A DNA stretch of 42,250 nucleotides from Myxococcales bacterium (GTDB lineage Bacteria; Myxococcota_A; Polyangia; Polyangiales; Polyangiaceae), in the NCBI GenBank assembly GCA_005800325.1, contig SYFR01000388.1:1-42250 (forward strand). Direction: 5' to 3'. Position numbers and translations under genes: made by a program. Below the pieces are notes generated by a model. It was not told the origin of the DNA. It made no database searches and saw only the letters and a program-made list of their open reading frames with translations. Below, piece by piece: positions 28,706 through 38,026 of this stretch. Position 1 is the first letter of the stretch. Every line of letters begins with the position of its first letter.

Positions 28706-29617
28706 ATGGTCGGGTCCACCATGAGCGACGGACCGCCCCCGAATACGGCAGCTCGAGCGGCGCCTAGCGCTGAAGGGGATCGCGTGCTGCGCGCGATCAC
28801 CGACGACGACAACTTCCGCGTCATCGTCGCGGTGACGACGCGCACGGTCAAAGGCGCGCTCGAGGCGCAAGAGCCCTCCGGCAACGCGGCGCGCCACTTC
28901 TGCGATCTCGTGACCGGAGCCGTGCTCATTCGCGAGACGATGTCGCCCGCCTATCGCGTCCAGGCGATCCTGAAGGGCGCTGGCGGCGCGGGCATGCTCG
29001 TCGCCGACGCCCACCCGAACGGCCTCACGCGCGGGCTCGTTCAGCTCGGCAAGGGCGGTGACCTCGAGCTCGGGCACGGCAGCACACTGCAAGTGATGCG
29101 CAGCGGCCCCTCGGGAAAGACGTTTCGAAGCGTCGTCGAGCCGCCGACGAACGGAGCGGTGGCCGAGGCGTTGATGGCGTACTTGCAACACTCCGAGCAG
29201 GTCGTCAGCGTCATCGCGATGGGTACGCACGTCACCGATCGCGGCGTCGAGCACGCGGGCGGGTACGTCGTGCAGCTCGTGCCGGGCGCGTCGCGCGGCC
29301 CATTGATGATCATGACCGAGCGGCTCGCGGCGATGCCGTCGATCGGCGAATTGCTCGCAGATAGGCGCGGGGATGCGCTCGCCTTGCTCGATGAGCTGCT
29401 CTACGGGATGCCTTATGCACAGCTCGACGACACGAGCGTGCGCTACGGCTGTACGTGCGACGAGCATGCCGTGCTCGCGACGCTCGCGACACTGCCGCGG
29501 AGCGACATCGCCGAGCTCGCGAGCGCCGAAGAGCCGCTCGAGCTCAGCTGCGACTATTGTCGGGAGGCGTACCGTGTTCCGCCAGCGCAGCTACGCGGCC
29601 TCTTGGCGACGAGCTGA
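28706..29617 (+). CDS. hslO: Redox-regulated chaperone Hsp33
   Basis: The C-terminal zinc centre is present as CXC...CXXC (YGCTCDEHAV and LSCDYCREAY), and length and N-terminal domain are typical. An alternative ATG lies at 28721. Confidence 0.85.
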   Translation: MVGSTMSDGPPPNTAARAAPSAEGDRVLRAITDDDNFRVIVAVTTRTVKGALEAQEPSGNAARHFCDLVTGAVLIRETMSPAYRVQAILKGAGGAGMLVADAHPNGLTRGLVQLGKGGDLELGHGSTLQVMRSGPSGKTFRSVVEPPTNGAVAEALMAYLQHSEQVVSVIAMGTHVTDRGVEHAGGYVVQLVPGASRGPLMIMTERLAAMPSIGELLADRRGDALALLDELLYGMPYAQLDDTSVRYGCTCDEHAVLATLATLPRSDIAELASAEEPLELSCDYCREAYRVPPAQLRGLLATS

Positions 29618-29674
29618 CACGCGCGCGGCGCGCGATTGGTTGGCCCGCAAGCGGAACGGGATAAGAATCGACCC

Positions 29675-30547
29675 ATGCGATTTTGGTGCGCTGCGCTCGC
29701 GGCGCTCTCCGCTTGTGTGCCGACGACGACGTCGACGAGCGCGCCCGACGCGGAATACCGCAAGGGTGCAAGCGCGGCGGCGCCAACCCGCGCGTCGCAT
29801 CCCAAGGACGGTGCCGATGACGCGTCGGCGGTCGCAGCCCGAGGCGACGAGGCCACGCCGCCATCTGCCACTCTAGCCCCGAGCCTGGCTACGCCTGCGG
29901 CCGGCGCCGTCGAGAGCGCGTCCACGCCGGAGCCGGGCGCCTTGCTCGCCAAGCTGCCGGCGGGCACCGTGGTACTGCACGTCGGCGACTCGATGGGGGA
30001 CGCGCTAGGCGGCGAGCTGAAGCGCGAGCTCGAGGCGCGCGGCATTCGCAACATCGTCAGGTTCAAGGAGGCGACGTACATCCCTCAGTGGGCGAGCCGC
30101 TGGGACACGATGGGGTTCCGCAGTCTGCTCGCCGTTCACCAGCCGCAGCTCGTCATCATCACGCTCGGCGGCAACGAGCTCGCGATGCCCGATCCGAGCG
30201 TGCGCGCCGAGCCGATCCGCGAGATGGTGAAGGCGATCGGCGACCGCCCGTGCCTGTGGCTCGCGGCTCCGCTGTGGCCGAACGCGCCGAACACCGGGTT
30301 GCTCGACGTCATCCGAGCGAACTGCGCGCCCTGCACGTACGTCGACACGAACGCGCTCGTCGGGCGGATGAAGACGCTCGGCGACAAGGTGCACCCAACG
30401 CTACCCGAGCGGAAGCGCTGGGCGAACGCGATGCTTCGCTGGATGGACCACAACCTCGAGGCGAGCGCGACCCGGCCGTGGACCTTTCGCCAGCCGAGTG
30501 AGCTGCCTCCTCCCGGCGTGCCGATCGAGAGCGCGGCGGCAGAGTGA
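29675..30547 (+). CDS. SGNH/GDSL-family hydrolase lipoprotein
   Basis: MRFWCAALAALSAC is a lipobox signal. Block I is VLHVGDSMGD, block III is TLGGNEL, and block V is GDKVHPT (DxxH). Confidence 0.75.
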   Translation: MRFWCAALAALSACVPTTTSTSAPDAEYRKGASAAAPTRASHPKDGADDASAVAARGDEATPPSATLAPSLATPAAGAVESASTPEPGALLAKLPAGTVVLHVGDSMGDALGGELKRELEARGIRNIVRFKEATYIPQWASRWDTMGFRSLLAVHQPQLVIITLGGNELAMPDPSVRAEPIREMVKAIGDRPCLWLAAPLWPNAPNTGLLDVIRANCAPCTYVDTNALVGRMKTLGDKVHPTLPERKRWANAMLRWMDHNLEASATRPWTFRQPSELPPPGVPIESAAAE

Positions 30548-30643
30548 GCTGCCGAGGCCCCGCCGAAACGCGAGCGGCATCGATGCCTTCTGACGCGCGG
30601 CGGTGAGCCGCCGGCGTGCGCGCGCCGGTCGCGGCGGGCGAGC

Positions 30644-32194
30644 CTACTTGCCGCCGAAGCCGAACCCGCTGCCGCCGTGATAGCTACCGCCGCCGCCGCA
30701 GCCATCGCACTCGTCCAGGGCGACAATGAGTATGACGAAAGCGATGAGGATCGCCCATGTGATCCAGGTGGAAGAGCCATCGCCGCCGGGGAGCTTGAAC
30801 TTCCGCGGCGGCGGCGCGACGCCGAACGCGGCGAGCTCTTGCCGGTCGAACGGGACGCACCAGGAATAGTTGACCTCGCCGTCGCTCGACTCGCGGCTGA
30901 TCTTGCCGCCCGGGCCCGTGAGCTCGGTGGCGTCCACTTCGTCGCCCGCCTCGACGCGCCAGTAGAACTCGCCCACGACGCAGTCGACGCTCGCGCCGAC
31001 CATGTGCTTGAAGCTGTACGTCTTGCCGCGATAGAGCGCGCTCGAGCCCGCATCGACGACGTCGCCCGCTTCGATCGGCGTGACGAGCGACCACTCGCCA
31101 TCTTCGTCGACGAGCCAGCAATAACCGGCCGCCGCGCCGCCCCAGAGGAGGTACTCGGTCCACGCCGTGACCTCGCCCTCGTCGGTGCACGACCGGCGCA
31201 TGAACCCGCACACCGTGGTGCTCACGCCGCGCACGACGCCTTGCGCGCCGATCGGCAAGACCGGCGGAAACGGCGGGCGCGGCGACGGCCCGAGCGCGCG
31301 CAGAGCCCCCGCGGTCACGTCGCTCGCGGTGCCGCAGTATTGGCAAATGACGCGCTCGGCGGCCTGCGACAGGAGCGGCAGCGCAGCAGCGCACGTCGGG
31401 CAGTCGAGGGCCGTCGCCTGCGCGCCGGGCTGCTCGAGCGGCACGCCGGAGTCGGGCCGCAGCTCGGTCGGATCGAACCTCTTGCCGAGGAAGAGCACGG
31501 GCGGGGCCGAGCCGTCGCCGTAGTCGATGGTGCCGAAGCGGTCGCCCTGCGCGCTGATGTCCGCGTAGCGCGTGACGACGCCAGGGCGCGGCACTCCCGT
31601 CTGCGCGCCCTCGCCGCTCACGACGCGGCGCGCACCGACCTCTTGCACGACCCACGCTTCACCGCCGAGGTAGACGTGCGCGCCCGGACGGAGCTCGGCG
31701 GCACCTGGCAGGCGGTCGACCGCCGGAGTCTCGCGCGTCGCGTACCAGCGCCCCTGCGCATGAGCGAGCCACGCGTAGCTGCCGTCGTCCGGGAACGAGA
31801 CGAGGATCTCTTGCCACGGGGCGCTCGCGCGCTCGGCGCGGTCCATCTGCACGCGGCCCTCGACCTCGAAGCGGCGTCCGCCCCAGAAGCCGCCGGTGCC
31901 GACGACGAGCGGCGACGGAAGCTCGAGCAGCTCCGCCATGCGGCCGCTCACGTACAAGCCGCGATCGGTGCGCGCGACGACGGCGCGGCAATACGCGCAC
32001 ACCTGCGCTTGCGCGTTACCGAACTTGAAGACGATCGGCGCGCCGCAGCTCGGACACGGAGCCTGCCGATCGAGCGTCACGTCGCGGCATGGTAGTGTGC
32101 GGGCCCGATGATCCGCCACCCTATTCGCCAGCGTGGCAACGACGTGCTCGCCACTCACCCATGCGGGTGCGCCGCGCGGAGGCGTGCGCCGCAC
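30644..32194 (-). CDS. DUF4178-like protein with two zinc-ribbon + beta-rich modules and a C-terminal TM segment plus Gly-rich tail
   Basis: Zinc ribbon 1: CPSCGAPIVFKFGNAQAQVCAYC. Zinc ribbon 2: CPTCAAALPLLSQAAERVICQYC. Each is followed by a W/Y-rich module (WQEILV..., WTEYLLWG...). TM segment: WITWAILIAFVILIVAL. The start is uncertain; a GTG at 32080 gives MTLDRQAPCPSC. Confidence 0.6.
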   Translation of the reverse strand: MRRTPPRGAPAWVSGEHVVATLANRVADHRARTLPCRDVTLDRQAPCPSCGAPIVFKFGNAQAQVCAYCRAVVARTDRGLYVSGRMAELLELPSPLVVGTGGFWGGRRFEVEGRVQMDRAERASAPWQEILVSFPDDGSYAWLAHAQGRWYATRETPAVDRLPGAAELRPGAHVYLGGEAWVVQEVGARRVVSGEGAQTGVPRPGVVTRYADISAQGDRFGTIDYGDGSAPPVLFLGKRFDPTELRPDSGVPLEQPGAQATALDCPTCAAALPLLSQAAERVICQYCGTASDVTAGALRALGPSPRPPFPPVLPIGAQGVVRGVSTTVCGFMRRSCTDEGEVTAWTEYLLWGGAAAGYCWLVDEDGEWSLVTPIEAGDVVDAGSSALYRGKTYSFKHMVGASVDCVVGEFYWRVEAGDEVDATELTGPGGKISRESSDGEVNYSWCVPFDRQELAAFGVAPPPRKFKLPGGDGSSTWITWAILIAFVILIVALDECDGCGGGGSYHGGSGFGFGGK

Positions 32195-32232
32195 GCAGAG
32201 CTCGCCGTGGTGGCTCTGCTGCCGGCGTGACG

Positions 32233-33759
32233 ATGAGCGACCGCCGCTTCGTGTCGCCGACGCTGCTCGCCTGCGTCGTCGTGATCGCGACGAGCGGCAT
32301 CGTCTACGAGCTCGTGGCCGGCACGCTCGCGAGCTACGTCCTCGGGGACTCCGTCGCGCAGTTCAGCTTCGTCATCGGGCTCTACCTCTTCGCGATGGGG
32401 ATCGGCTCGTACTTGTCGAAGTTCATCGAGCACGCGCTGCTCGAGCGCTTCGTCGAGATCGAGCTCGCACTCGCGATAGTCGGCGGCTTCAGCGCCCCGA
32501 TCCTCTTTCTCATGTACACGGCGAGCGGGGCATTTCGCGCGACGCTCTACCTCGTCGTGCTCGTCATCGGCGCGCTCGTCGGCGTCGAGATCCCGCTCTT
32601 GATCCGGCTGCTGCAGTTCCGCCTCGATCTGAAGGAGCTCGTCGCGCGGGTGCTCGCGCTCGACTATGTGGGTGCCCTCTTCGCGAGCTTGCTGTTCCCG
32701 CTCTTGCTCGTGCCGCGCCTCGGGCTCCAGCGCACGAGCATGGCCTTCGGCATCCTGAACGCGCTCGTCGCCCTCGCCTCGACCTTCTTGTTGCCGACCG
32801 CGCACGAGAAAAAATGGCGCCTGCGGTTCTCGTGCGCCGTGACCGTGGCGGCGCTCTCGCTCGGCATGGTGATGTTCGAGCGCTTCGCGCTGCGGGGCGA
32901 GGCGACGTTCTTGGGCGCGCCGATCGCCTACGCGACGCAATCGCACTACCAGCGGATCGTGCTCACGCGGTCGCCGCGCACGACAAGGCTGTTCTTGAAC
33001 GGCAACCTGCAGTTCAGCTCCGACGACGAGCACCGCTACCACGAAGTGCTGGTTCACCCCGCGGTCGCCGCGCTCGGCCGCGAGCCCAAGAGCGTGCTCA
33101 TCCTCGGCGGCGGCGATGGGCTCGGGGCGCGCGAGGTGCTGCGCTACCCGAACGTCGAGCGCATCGTGCTCGTCGACCTCGATCCCGAGGTGACGAAGAT
33201 CTTTCGCGAGGTGCCGGTCGCGCGCGAGCTCAACCGAGACTCGCTCCACGACGCGCGCGTCACCATCAAGAACGAGGACGCCTTCGGGTTCCTCGAGACG
33301 TGCACGGACTCGTTCGATCTCGCGGTCGTGGATTTTCCGGACCCGGGAAATTACGCGGTCGGCAAGCTCTACACGCTGTCCTTCTATGAGCGGCTGCGCG
33401 AGCGCGTCGGCCCGCGCGGGGTCGCGATCGTGCAGGCGACCTCGCCGTATTTTGCGCGCGAGTCGTTCTGGACCATCGCCGCGACGATCGAAGCCGCCGG
33501 CTTTCGCACCCTCCCCTTGCACGTGCACGTCCCGAGCTTCGGCGAGTGGGGCTTCGTCCTCGCAGGCGGCGAGGGCATGGGCGCGCCGCGAGCGCTCGCG
33601 CTGCCCCGGGAGACGCTGCGTTTCCTCTCCGACGATGGCCTGCCGGGCCTCTTTCTCTTTCCTCGCGACATGGCGCCGATGCCCGCGAGCGTGAATCGGC
33701 TCAACGATCAGAAGCTCGTGTCGATCTACACCTCGGAGTGGGCCGATTGGCAGCGCTGA
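32233..33759 (+). CDS. speE: Membrane-anchored polyamine aminopropyltransferase (spermidine synthase-like) with a multi-TM N-terminal domain
   Basis: The N-terminal ~200 aa are hydrophobic (multiple TM segments). The C-terminal part, YHEVLVHPA...VLILGGGDGLGAREVL...VLVDLDPEV...DFPDP, matches spermidine synthase motifs. The ATG is at 32233. Confidence 0.8.
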   Translation: MSDRRFVSPTLLACVVVIATSGIVYELVAGTLASYVLGDSVAQFSFVIGLYLFAMGIGSYLSKFIEHALLERFVEIELALAIVGGFSAPILFLMYTASGAFRATLYLVVLVIGALVGVEIPLLIRLLQFRLDLKELVARVLALDYVGALFASLLFPLLLVPRLGLQRTSMAFGILNALVALASTFLLPTAHEKKWRLRFSCAVTVAALSLGMVMFERFALRGEATFLGAPIAYATQSHYQRIVLTRSPRTTRLFLNGNLQFSSDDEHRYHEVLVHPAVAALGREPKSVLILGGGDGLGAREVLRYPNVERIVLVDLDPEVTKIFREVPVARELNRDSLHDARVTIKNEDAFGFLETCTDSFDLAVVDFPDPGNYAVGKLYTLSFYERLRERVGPRGVAIVQATSPYFARESFWTIAATIEAAGFRTLPLHVHVPSFGEWGFVLAGGEGMGAPRALALPRETLRFLSDDGLPGLFLFPRDMAPMPASVNRLNDQKLVSIYTSEWADWQR

Positions 33760-35366
33760 GCCGGCGCCAGATGCTCTCGGCGCTCGGCCTCGGCTGGCTC
33801 GTCGACGCGTCGCTCCCGGCACGGCGCACCCTCGAAGGCGCGGTCGTCGGCGCCGATCTGCGCCTCGGGCACGCGCTGCGCGACGGCGTAGACCGCGAGC
33901 TCCCCCGCGCGGCACCCGAGCGCGCGGAGGTCGTCATCGTGGGGAGCGGCGTGAGCGGTGCGAGCGCTGCCTGGCGTCTCGCGGCGAGCGGCGTGGGAGC
34001 CGAGCTGCTCGAGCTCGAGCCCTTCGCCGGCGGCACGAGCGCGTGGGGCGAGGACGGCGTCGTGGCGCACCCGTGGGGCGCGCACTACCTGCCGGTGCCC
34101 GAGCCGACCGCGCGTGCGCCGCTGCGGCTCCTCGCCGAGCTCGGCGTGCTCACCGGTTGGGATGCGGCGGGCCGCGCGCTCTACGACGAGACGCGCCTCT
34201 GCCACGCCCCGGAAGAGCGCTTGTTTCACCGCGGCCGTTGGCACCGCGGCCTCGAGTCCGGCGACGTGCTGAGCGCCGCCGAGAAGGACGAGCTGGCGCG
34301 CTTCCACGAGCGCATGAGCGTATTTTCCGGTGCCGTGGGCGCCGACGGCCGGCCCGCGTTCGCGATCCCGTGCGCCGAGAGCTCGCGCGACGCCGCGTGG
34401 CTCGCGCTCGACGAGCTGACGATGGACGCATGGCTCGCGCGCGAGGGGTTCACCACGAGCTACCTTCGCTGGTACGTCGAGTACGCGACGCGCGACGACT
34501 TCGGCGCCGACCTCACGGACGTGTCCGCCTGGGCTGCGCTCCACTACTTCGCGTCGCGCCGGCAGCGGACCGAGCAGACCCTGCGCGGAAGTCGCTACCT
34601 CGTGTGGCCCGAGGGCAACGGCCGCCTCGTTCGCCACATGCTCGAGCGCTCCGGGGCGCGCCGGCGGCACCGCCACGTGGTGCTCGGCGTCGAGGCGACG
34701 CGCACGGGGGTCGCGGTCGAGGCGCTCGACGCCACCGTTGGAGAGGCTCCGGTGCTGCGGCGCATCGAGGCCCGCGCGGCCATCCTCGCCGTGCCGGGGT
34801 TCATCGCGGCGCGCATCGCGAGAGGCGCACGCGGGCTCATCGCGCGACCCGCATCTCCGTGGCTCGTCGCCAACCTGCACGTCACCCGGCCGGTCGAAGC
34901 CGATCGCGCGTGGGACTCGGTCCTCTACGAGGCGCTCGGCCTCGGCTACGTCGACGCCGGTCACCAGCGCATGGGCCTGTCCGAGCAGACGGTGCTCACC
35001 TATTTTCGCGCTTACGGCGGCGCCGAAATGGCCGCGACTCGAGGACAGCTCGCGGCTCGGCGCTGGGGCGAGCTCGCGGCGGACGTGCTCGTCGACCTCG
35101 CCGCGGCGCACCCCGAGCTCGGCGAGCAGACCTCACGGCTCGACTGCATGGTTTGGGGCCACGCGATGCCGCGCCCGCGCCCCGGATTCCTTCGCGCGAC
35201 GACGCAGCCGTTCGAGCCGGCGGTGCTCATCGCCGACCAGGTCGCCTGGGCCCACGTCGATCAGACCGGGCTCGCGCTCTTCGAAGAGGCGAACACCCAC
35301 GGCGTGCGCGCCGCCGAAGCGGTGCTGGCGCAGCTCGGCGTCGCGGCGAGCGACTCCTGGATTTGA
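33738..35366 (+). CDS. Tat-signal FAD/NAD(P)-binding oxidoreductase (amine-oxidase-like)
   Basis: The dinucleotide fold VVIVGSGVSGASAAWRLA is present, and LSRRQMLSALGLG is a twin-arginine motif. Retaining the RR requires a start upstream of the ATG at 33771; a GTG at 33738 does this and overlaps the end of speE by 22 nt. Confidence 0.7.
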   Translation: MGRLAALSRRQMLSALGLGWLVDASLPARRTLEGAVVGADLRLGHALRDGVDRELPRAAPERAEVVIVGSGVSGASAAWRLAASGVGAELLELEPFAGGTSAWGEDGVVAHPWGAHYLPVPEPTARAPLRLLAELGVLTGWDAAGRALYDETRLCHAPEERLFHRGRWHRGLESGDVLSAAEKDELARFHERMSVFSGAVGADGRPAFAIPCAESSRDAAWLALDELTMDAWLAREGFTTSYLRWYVEYATRDDFGADLTDVSAWAALHYFASRRQRTEQTLRGSRYLVWPEGNGRLVRHMLERSGARRRHRHVVLGVEATRTGVAVEALDATVGEAPVLRRIEARAAILAVPGFIAARIARGARGLIARPASPWLVANLHVTRPVEADRAWDSVLYEALGLGYVDAGHQRMGLSEQTVLTYFRAYGGAEMAATRGQLAARRWGELAADVLVDLAAAHPELGEQTSRLDCMVWGHAMPRPRPGFLRATTQPFEPAVLIADQVAWAHVDQTGLALFEEANTHGVRAAEAVLAQLGVAASDSWI

Positions 35367-35563
35367 CGACGAGGCACCACGGTCGCCCCCGATCCGGCGT
35401 GTGCCGCCGGCGCGCTACGAGGGCGTTCGCGGTTTCCCCAACTGCCGGTGCGCGCCGGGGGCCACGAGCGGCTGCGTCATGGCTGCAACGAACGCAGGCC
35501 CCTTCGAGCTAACATGACGGGTCGCCCACCCCGGGTCAGGAATCAGGAGCCAATCGCAGCCCC

Positions 35564-36556
35564 GTGCGCATCACCATCCGCTATCCCCTTGGCGCCGATC
35601 GCATGGTGCTCCGCACCTCCCTCGATTGGGACCGCGACGTGCTCCCAATTCAACAAGGTCCGGAGGCCGCCGTCTTCGACGTCGACTTCGAAGGCATCAT
35701 TCTCACCTTCAAGCCGTGTCTGTTGCGCGGACACGGGTTTCATTGGTCGCGCGGAACCGACTACGTGGTGAGCCAGCACGACCCCGATCCCGAGGTCTGG
35801 CCATTCTTCTTCGCCGAGCAACAAGGCAGGGTGAGCGAGGTGATGCACTTCGAGCGCGACGGCCAGAGGCACGCCGTGCGCGCCTACCTGCCCCCCGGCT
35901 ATGACGAGAACTCCCTCCGCACCTTCCCGGTCTTGTACATGCAGGACGGCCGCAACCTGTTCTTCCCAGAGGAGGCCTTCGGCGGCAACGAGTGGCAAGT
36001 CGACGAGACCATGGATCGGCTCGACCGAATGAACGCCGTGCGCAAGGTGATCGTCGTCGGCATCGCCCCGATCGACCGCATGAAGGACTACACGCTGCCA
36101 GGCTATGCCGCATATGCAGCGTTCGTCACCGGCACCATCAAGCCGGCCATCGACCGCGCCTACCGCACCCGCCGTGCCGCGGCAGACACCGTGGTGATGG
36201 GGTCTTCACTCGGCGGCGTCGTCTCGCTGTTTCTCGCCTGGCAGCATCCCGAGACGTTCGGCGGCGCCGCATGCCTCTCGAGCACCTTCGGCTACCAGGA
36301 CGATCTCTTCCAGCGCATCGCCAGCGAGCCGCGCCGAGCGATCCGCATCTACCTCGACAGCGGCTGGCCGCGCGACAACTTCGACGCCACCAACGCCATG
36401 CGCGATCTGCTGGTCCGCCGCGGCTACCAGCTCGGTGTCGATGTGCTCCAGTTCAGCTTCCCCGACGGCCTCCACTCGGAAGGCTCTTGGGCCGGTCGCG
36501 TCCACGTCCCCTTCCAGTTCTTCTTCGGCCGAGCCTGGGCGGCCTCGCGTAGCTGA
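35564..36556 (+). CDS. Alpha/beta-hydrolase 'putative esterase' family protein (enterochelin-esterase-like architecture)
   Basis: An N-terminal beta-rich domain is followed by YLPPGYDENSLRTFPVLYMQDG and the nucleophile elbow MGSSLGG. The start is GTG at 35564, with an alternative ATG 13 codons downstream. Confidence 0.7.
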   Translation: MRITIRYPLGADRMVLRTSLDWDRDVLPIQQGPEAAVFDVDFEGIILTFKPCLLRGHGFHWSRGTDYVVSQHDPDPEVWPFFFAEQQGRVSEVMHFERDGQRHAVRAYLPPGYDENSLRTFPVLYMQDGRNLFFPEEAFGGNEWQVDETMDRLDRMNAVRKVIVVGIAPIDRMKDYTLPGYAAYAAFVTGTIKPAIDRAYRTRRAAADTVVMGSSLGGVVSLFLAWQHPETFGGAACLSSTFGYQDDLFQRIASEPRRAIRIYLDSGWPRDNFDATNAMRDLLVRRGYQLGVDVLQFSFPDGLHSEGSWAGRVHVPFQFFFGRAWAASRS

Positions 36557-36583
36557 CGCCATTGTGCCCGAGGCGCGCGCGCG

Positions 36584-38026
36584 TCAGGCGAGCAGCTCGG
36601 AGAGGGCGCCCTCTGCCACGCGGAGCGGCCCCTCTTGGCCGAAGTCGTCGAACGGCTCGCACGTCAGGTGCCCGAGCGTGTTCCAGAGGTTCGAGAGCTG
36701 CCGGTGGGCGTCGCCCGCGCCCTCGCCGGGGAACACGACCGTGCGGCCACCCGTCCGCAAGCCGAGCGCCGAGCCCCCGAGCAGCAGCATGGGAAACTCG
36801 CGCGCTTGGCTGTGATGCTGCTCGCCGTTGTCGCCCACATACACGATCGCGGTGTGGTCGAGCATCGTGCCCCCGTTGACGTCCGGGGTCGCGAGGAGCG
36901 TGCGGGCCATGGTCGCGACCTCGGCGACCTGACGACGCGTGACCTCGTGAATCGCATCGCGATACGCCGCGTTCGAGCCCGATCCGTGGTGCAGCGTGTG
37001 CCGATCGACGTCCACGATCCCCTCGTAGTCGACGTTGAAATCGCCGCCCGTGCCGCAGCCGACGACGCACACGTTCGTGAGGCCCGCCACGAGCGAGGCC
37101 GTCGCGAGGCGCACCTGGGCGGCGAAGCGTTCGAGCGCCTGCGAAGAGGCGTACCGCGGATCCTCCGAGGGCCCTGGCGGACGAGCCGCCGCGAGCGTCG
37201 GCGCAAGCTCGAGCATGCGCGCATGCCGCTTCGAGAGCTCGCCGAACGATGCGAGGTACGCCTCGACCTTCGCCCGCTCCGCGCCCGCGGCCGGCAGACG
37301 GGCGAGCGCAGCCTGGGCGTCGGCGGCTCCAAAATCGAGGAGATCTCCGCGACGCTCGAAGGCCAGCGCCGACTCCGCCGAAGCCACCGATCCGAACAAG
37401 AGCTCATACGCGGTCGTCGGATGCAACAGCAGGGGGGCGCTCTGACCCTTGCCGTAGGCGCACGTCCCGAAGTCGAGCGAACGGGCGAGGCTCGAGCCGA
37501 CCCCGAGACGAACCGCATCGAAAGGTGCGGCTTTCCGGACCGAGTCGAGGCTCGCGAGACGGGCGTCGATCGTGGCGCCGCCCGCGACTCCCGCGACGGT
37601 TCGTGCGGAGCTGAGCGCTCCGTGCCCCGCGGAGTGCCCGCCGCCGACGATCTTCGACGAGAGCCCGAACACGACCGCGGCGTGCGACAGGAGCGAGGGG
37701 CCGCCGTCCGCGAGTGCCCCCAACGCGGGCGCCGTCTCGAGCCCTCCCTCCGCGATCAACGTCGAAGCGTGCCCGACGCGGTCGTACCACCAGCGAGCGT
37801 CCCCGATGGGTGCCGACGCGTGCGCGTCGATCGCGGCGCGCGCCGCCGTCGAGAGCATCGTGACGGGCTCGAAGCCGTTGCCTTCGATGACGAAGACGAA
37901 TCGCCGCGGCGTATCTGACTCCGCGCTCGCGATGCGGGACGCGAGCGGCGCCAGGATGGCACCCCCGCAGCTCACTCCGGCGGCGCGCAAGATGTCGCGG
38001 CGCGTGGGCCTCCACCGTGGGTTCAT
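36584..38026 (-). CDS. DUF1552-like protein with a Tat signal
   Basis: MNPRWRPTRRDILRAAGVSCGG is a twin-arginine signal. The protein is 480 aa. The ATG at 38026 overlaps the upstream stop (ATGA). The family call is from memory of the conserved DUF1592/DUF1552 gene pair. Confidence 0.6.
   Translation of the reverse strand: MNPRWRPTRRDILRAAGVSCGGAILAPLASRIASAESDTPRRFVFVIEGNGFEPVTMLSTAARAAIDAHASAPIGDARWWYDRVGHASTLIAEGGLETAPALGALADGGPSLLSHAAVVFGLSSKIVGGGHSAGHGALSSARTVAGVAGGATIDARLASLDSVRKAAPFDAVRLGVGSSLARSLDFGTCAYGKGQSAPLLLHPTTAYELLFGSVASAESALAFERRGDLLDFGAADAQAALARLPAAGAERAKVEAYLASFGELSKRHARMLELAPTLAAARPPGPSEDPRYASSQALERFAAQVRLATASLVAGLTNVCVVGCGTGGDFNVDYEGIVDVDRHTLHHGSGSNAAYRDAIHEVTRRQVAEVATMARTLLATPDVNGGTMLDHTAIVYVGDNGEQHHSQAREFPMLLLGGSALGLRTGGRTVVFPGEGAGDAHRQLSNLWNTLGHLTCEPFDDFGQEGPLRVAEGALSELLA

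Noticed and set aside
32155-35111. ORFs 32155..33915(-, 586 aa), 32133..33389(+), 33726..35111(-) and 34043..35512(+)
   Set aside because: These are off-frame or antisense shadows of the SpeE-like and FAD-oxidoreductase genes. They have an Arg-rich composition and no motifs.
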